Assembly: GCA_964016885.1 (NCBI GenBank)
Contig: OZ024748.1
Coordinates: forward strand, 20,522,001 to 20,586,000
Length of the DNA: 64,000 nucleotides
Reading direction: 5' to 3'
From: Eledone cirrhosa
Taxonomy: Eukaryota
Shown: in pieces, positions 52,051 to 64,000 of the stretch
How the letters are laid out: each line of letters begins with the position of its first letter
Position numbering within the stretch: the first letter of the stretch is position 1
Position numbers and translations under genes: made by a program
The notes under the pieces: model-generated
Seen by the model: only the letters and a program-made list of their open reading frames with translations
The model's database searches: none
What the model was told of the DNA's origin: nothing

Positions 52051-52100
52051 GATATAGATAGGTAAATATACACGGGTGTGTATGATTGTGTATAGAAGAT

Positions 52101-52296
52101 TATATTAATAAGAGGAATTCCAACTTTGTCTGATTTACTCGTTTTATTTACAATCCTTTAAAATATATATAATGGTATTATAATGAAATAGAATTTAATA
52201 TTCTATCATACTATTTCATTATAATACCATTATATATATTTTAAAGGATTGTAAATAAAACGAGTAAATCAGACAAAGTTGGAATTCCTCTTATTA

Positions 52297-52301
<5 letters not shown>
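52101..52301. repeat. Perfect 91-bp-arm inverted repeat with 19-nt loop
   Basis: 52101-52191 is the reverse complement of 52211-52301. Confidence 0.9.
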
Positions 52302-52329
<28 letters not shown>

Positions 52330-52390
52330 CATATATATATACATATATACATATATATATATACATACATATATACATATACATATATAT

Positions 52391-52725
52391 GGAGGCACAT
52401 GGCTTAGTGGTTAGAGCATTGGGCTTGCAATCGAAAGGTTGTGAGTTCAATTCTCAGACCGGGTGATGTGTTGTTCCCTTGAGCAAGACACTTTATTTCA
52501 CATTGCTCCAGTTTAGTCAGCTGTAGAAATTAGATGATAGAGACTTGGGTCCCTATCATTCCACTGCAAAGTGGTCGTGGAGGTGCCACAGCAGTAAAGC
52601 ACCCAGCACTCACTGTAAATGAGGTTGGTGTTAGGAAGGGCATCCAGCTGTAGAAATCAAGCCAGAATCAGTTCCCGTCCCACCCTTGCAAGCAGGGAAA
52701 AGCGGACGTAAAATGATGATGATGA
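52391..52725 (+). mobile_element. tRNA-derived SINE family B (CORE-like domain), (ATG)n tail; related copies 3487-3828, 14655-14877, 39465-39680 (-)
   Basis: TGGCTTAGTGG A box, GAGTTCAATTC B box, CCTTGAGCAAGACACTT core. Confidence 0.85.
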
Positions 52726-52866
52726 AATATACACACACAAAGGTCAGGGAACAGTTTGACAGACACACAGAAATATATATACATATATACACATATATAT
52801 ATATATATATACATATAAATACAAATATATATACATATATACACAAAGGTGAGGGAACAGTTTGAC

Positions 52867-54578
52867 TCGAATCTACCAGTCTCTTTTTAGCGCTGAGGGA
52901 GACCATCACTAATCTATTAATGTCGATGTAATTTTTATATCGATATTATTTGGGCATCCACTGATGAGTTTATAAGTGCCCGCCTGTGTATAAAACTATG
53001 GATTGTATACAAGTTTCTACATAAAATTGGGAAAATACTTAGGTATATCCTAATGTTTGTTGAGTGAGATGGAGTTGGTCAGAGTATCGCTTAAGGCCTT
53101 CTCTGTTAATGTATTAAATGTATATATATTTCGTTTCTAAATTTGTTTAGCAAGATTCTTTATCTGAAAACGTGTGTTGAAACCGATATTGTTATACTTT
53201 GGGAGGGTCATGTTTCCAATAAGAAACACACGTACCAGTTGCTTTCACTCCAATTTATTATAAATTAAATTTATAAATTTAAGAATTGATAAATTTCCGG
53301 TTGGTTGGTTGGTTCCACAACCGGACGGTTGTTCATATATTGTCAAAGTTCTTTCGTCACACATTCTGTGACCTCTTCAGTGACTGGGGATTCTTTTCTT
53401 TGTTTTTGTGCCTCTCCTTTGTTCTGTCCTACGCCATCTTGTTTTTGTGTGTGTTGTGTGCTTAGTTTGCGCATGTGTTACATCCGGGTGTCTGTGTTTA
53501 TTTATTTGTTTATTTACATGTTACTGGTTGGTTGTTTGTTCTATGTGTGTGTGTGTGTTTTCATTTTGTCCTTAATTGTAAGTTGTGATGTTGCTATTCC
53601 ATTCATGTTTTCTATTTAATTTTGGTTGTAGTTCATTTATGTTTATTGCCTCTGTGATTTGTCTAAACAGTGCGTCTTTTCTGTGTGTAGATTCTATTTT
53701 TATTTCTATATTCTCTAATTTACCCTTATGTTCTATTTTAGCATGTTGGTGGAGTACAGATGATTCTTTTCTATCTTGAAACTCTCACCAGTGTTCATTT
53801 GTCCGTTCTCCTATACTACGAGCTGTCTCACCTATGTACACTATATTCTTATCTGTATATTCTTATCTCTACATCTTATGCTATATAGTACATTTCTAGT
53901 TTTACAGTTAATATGGGGGCTTAGTTTACAGATTATACATTTCTTATCTATACAATGGTATGTTATATTATCTATAAAATGGTATGTATTGCTAATAAGT
54001 GTTTTTATGGAGGTAGCTGGTCTTTCTACTATCTTAATATTGAGTTTATGTTTATCTAGGGCCCTTCTAAATTTGTAAGCTAATTCACCTCTAGGGGTTG
54101 TATTGATGAACATTACACTCTGGTATTTATTGCTATCATACCATGAGTTTATTTTATTAACCTTATTCCTAGTTCTTTCTATTCTATTCCAAAATTTGCT
54201 CCTATACAAAGAGCAGGTCCCATTTGTAACATTATTTACCATTTTTTCCCATTTGGTTCTGGCTCCTCTATATACTCTGATTTTATCTCTCTGATTGTAA
54301 CCAGAGAACTGCATACGGTGGATGAAGTGTTGTATGTGTCTCTCTAGTTCTTTGGGGTTGCACATGCGGGACACGTTTCTCATCACCCGTACCAAATCCG
54401 CAATCAGTATGTTGATTTTGGTGTGGTCCGAAACAGCTGAGTTTCGGTGGATCAGATATTTGGAAGTCATGGGTTTGGCATAATGGGAATGGAGGATTTG
54501 TTTTTTGTTATTTATGGTTTCTAACCGGAGCTCTGTGTCTAGTACAGGTAATCGATGGTTGGGGTGTTTGCTTGGGTG
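52867..54578 (-). mobile_element. Decayed PLE family 2: RT thumb, GIY-YIG, pseudo-LTR and start of next ORF
   Basis: HPSKHPNHRLPVLDTEL, CIICK..NCKTRNVLYSIRC, YIGETARSIGER with frameshift and stop; [11 protein letters not shown] start at 53211. Confidence 0.9.
53341..53385 (-). ncRNA. Minimal type I hammerhead in PLE2 pseudo-LTR
   Basis: GTCA-CTGAAGA-G-GTCACA-gaatg-TGTGAC-GAAA-GAAC-TT-TGAC; stems I and II pair. Confidence 0.8.
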
Positions 54579-55189
54579 TATATATATATATATATATACA
54601 TATATACATATATATACACACACAAAGGTGAGGGAACAGTTTGACAACACACAGAAATTTATATATATATACATAGAAATATACACACACACAGAAATAC
54701 ACACACACTTGTTTAAACATCAAACCCTATCAGCACTGAACAAATAAAAGTATATCAAAGACAAGATTAACCTTTAACTTGTAGTCAAATTTATTTAGTG
54801 TTTATTTGTCAACATTTGCCATTCCTGGTTCTCCTCCTACATACCTGACTACACACGGAGACACACAGACACACACACACACACAGATATGGAGACACAC
54901 AGATATGGAGACACACAGATATGGAGACACACAGAGACACACACAGACACACACAGATATGGAGACACACAGATATGGAGACAGTGAGACACACACACAG
55001 AGATACATGGAAACACACACACAGACATACAGACACACGAAGACACACACCTACATACACACATACAGAGACACACACACAGACATGGAGACAGAGAGGC
55101 ATACACACACACACACAGAGTCACATAAATGCAGTGGCAGATTATGTTGCATCAACCATACCCTCCCTACAGCCATTTACAATGAAACT

Positions 55190-55865
55190 GGCACCACCAC
55201 CACCACCACCATCTACAGCCAACACCACTACCCCTATCACTATTACTACTACCACAACCACGACCATCTACAGCCAACACCACTACCCCCACCATCTACA
55301 GCCAATACCACTACCCCCACCACCATCTACAGCCAACACCACTACCCCCACCACCATCTACAGCCAACACCACTACCCCCACCACCATCTACAGCCAACA
55401 CCACTACCCCCACCACCATCTACAGCCAACACCACTACCCCCACCATCTACAGCCAATACCACTACCCCCACCACCATCTACAGCCAACACCACTACCCC
55501 CACCACCATCTACAGCCAACACCACTACCCCCACCACCATCTACAGCCAACACCACTACCCCCACCACCATCTACAGCCAACACCACTACCCCCACCACC
55601 ATCTACAGCCAACACCACTACCCCCACCACCATCCACAGCCAACACCACTACCCCCACCACCATCTACAGCCAACACCACCACCACCGCCACCACCTACA
55701 GCCAACACCACCACCACCACCATCATCACTATCATCCACTACCACCACCAGCACCACCACCTACAGCCAACACCATCATCACTATCATCCACTACCACCA
55801 CCAGCACCACCACCTACAGCCAACACCACCACCACTATCATCCACTACCACCACCACCACCAGCT
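55190..55865. repeat. ACC-rich ~30-bp minisatellite
   Basis: CCATCTACAGCCAACACCACTACCCCCACCA. Confidence 0.95.
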
Positions 55866-55994
55866 ACTGTTTATGTTAAATCACAACCGAGTTTATATTA
55901 TTGAAACTATGAGAAAAGTTATTTGTTAAAGCTTGACTCTTCTACACATATTACATTGTATCAGTTGCTGGCCATTTACAGGGAGAATCCAACG

Positions 55995-64000
<8,006 letters not shown>

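Noticed and set aside
52391-52465. tRNA gene
   Set aside because: tRNA-like head continues into a dispersed SINE body; no proper acceptor stem
52956-53003. ATCCA-CTGATGA-GTTTATA...TATAAAAC-TA-TGGAT hammerhead look-alike
   Set aside because: No GAAA core, and it lies antisense to PLE2 N-terminal coding remnants
53785-53787. In-frame TGA in PLE2 endonuclease as possible selenocysteine (as reported for some Naiad PLEs)
   Set aside because: Aligns with Gly, not Cys, in the intact family; the copy is also frameshifted; no SECIS seen and PLE1 has no in-frame TGA

Overview
Repeat-rich animal genomic DNA, most likely a coleoid cephalopod (octopus-like); the taxon is inferred from the SINE types and massive TA/CA microsatellites. 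The minus strand (33275->3107) carries the first 16 coding exons of an unconventional myosin motor domain, assembled by hand with GT-AG boundaries and consistent phases. Upstream lies an apparently intact, very young 9.1-kb Penelope-like retroelement (PLE; 1209-aa RT + GIY-YIG ORF with a large Asn-rich insert). It has a tandem-plus-inverted arrangement and is inserted in (TA)n, next to a decayed sister-family PLE. At least seven hammerhead-ribozyme-like motifs from several unrelated sequence families, plus fold-back half-hammerheads, occur, all in or beside (TA)n arrays. Other contents: CR1-like, RTE/Expander-like, Dong/R4-like and Tx1-like LINE pieces, two tRNA-derived SINE families, TTAA-type and hAT-type MITEs, and many mini/microsatellites. 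Several intronic minisatellites are built from the myosin splice junctions themselves, and a ~100-bp inverted copy brackets exon 9. All calls were made by eye; no database searches or folding programs were run.
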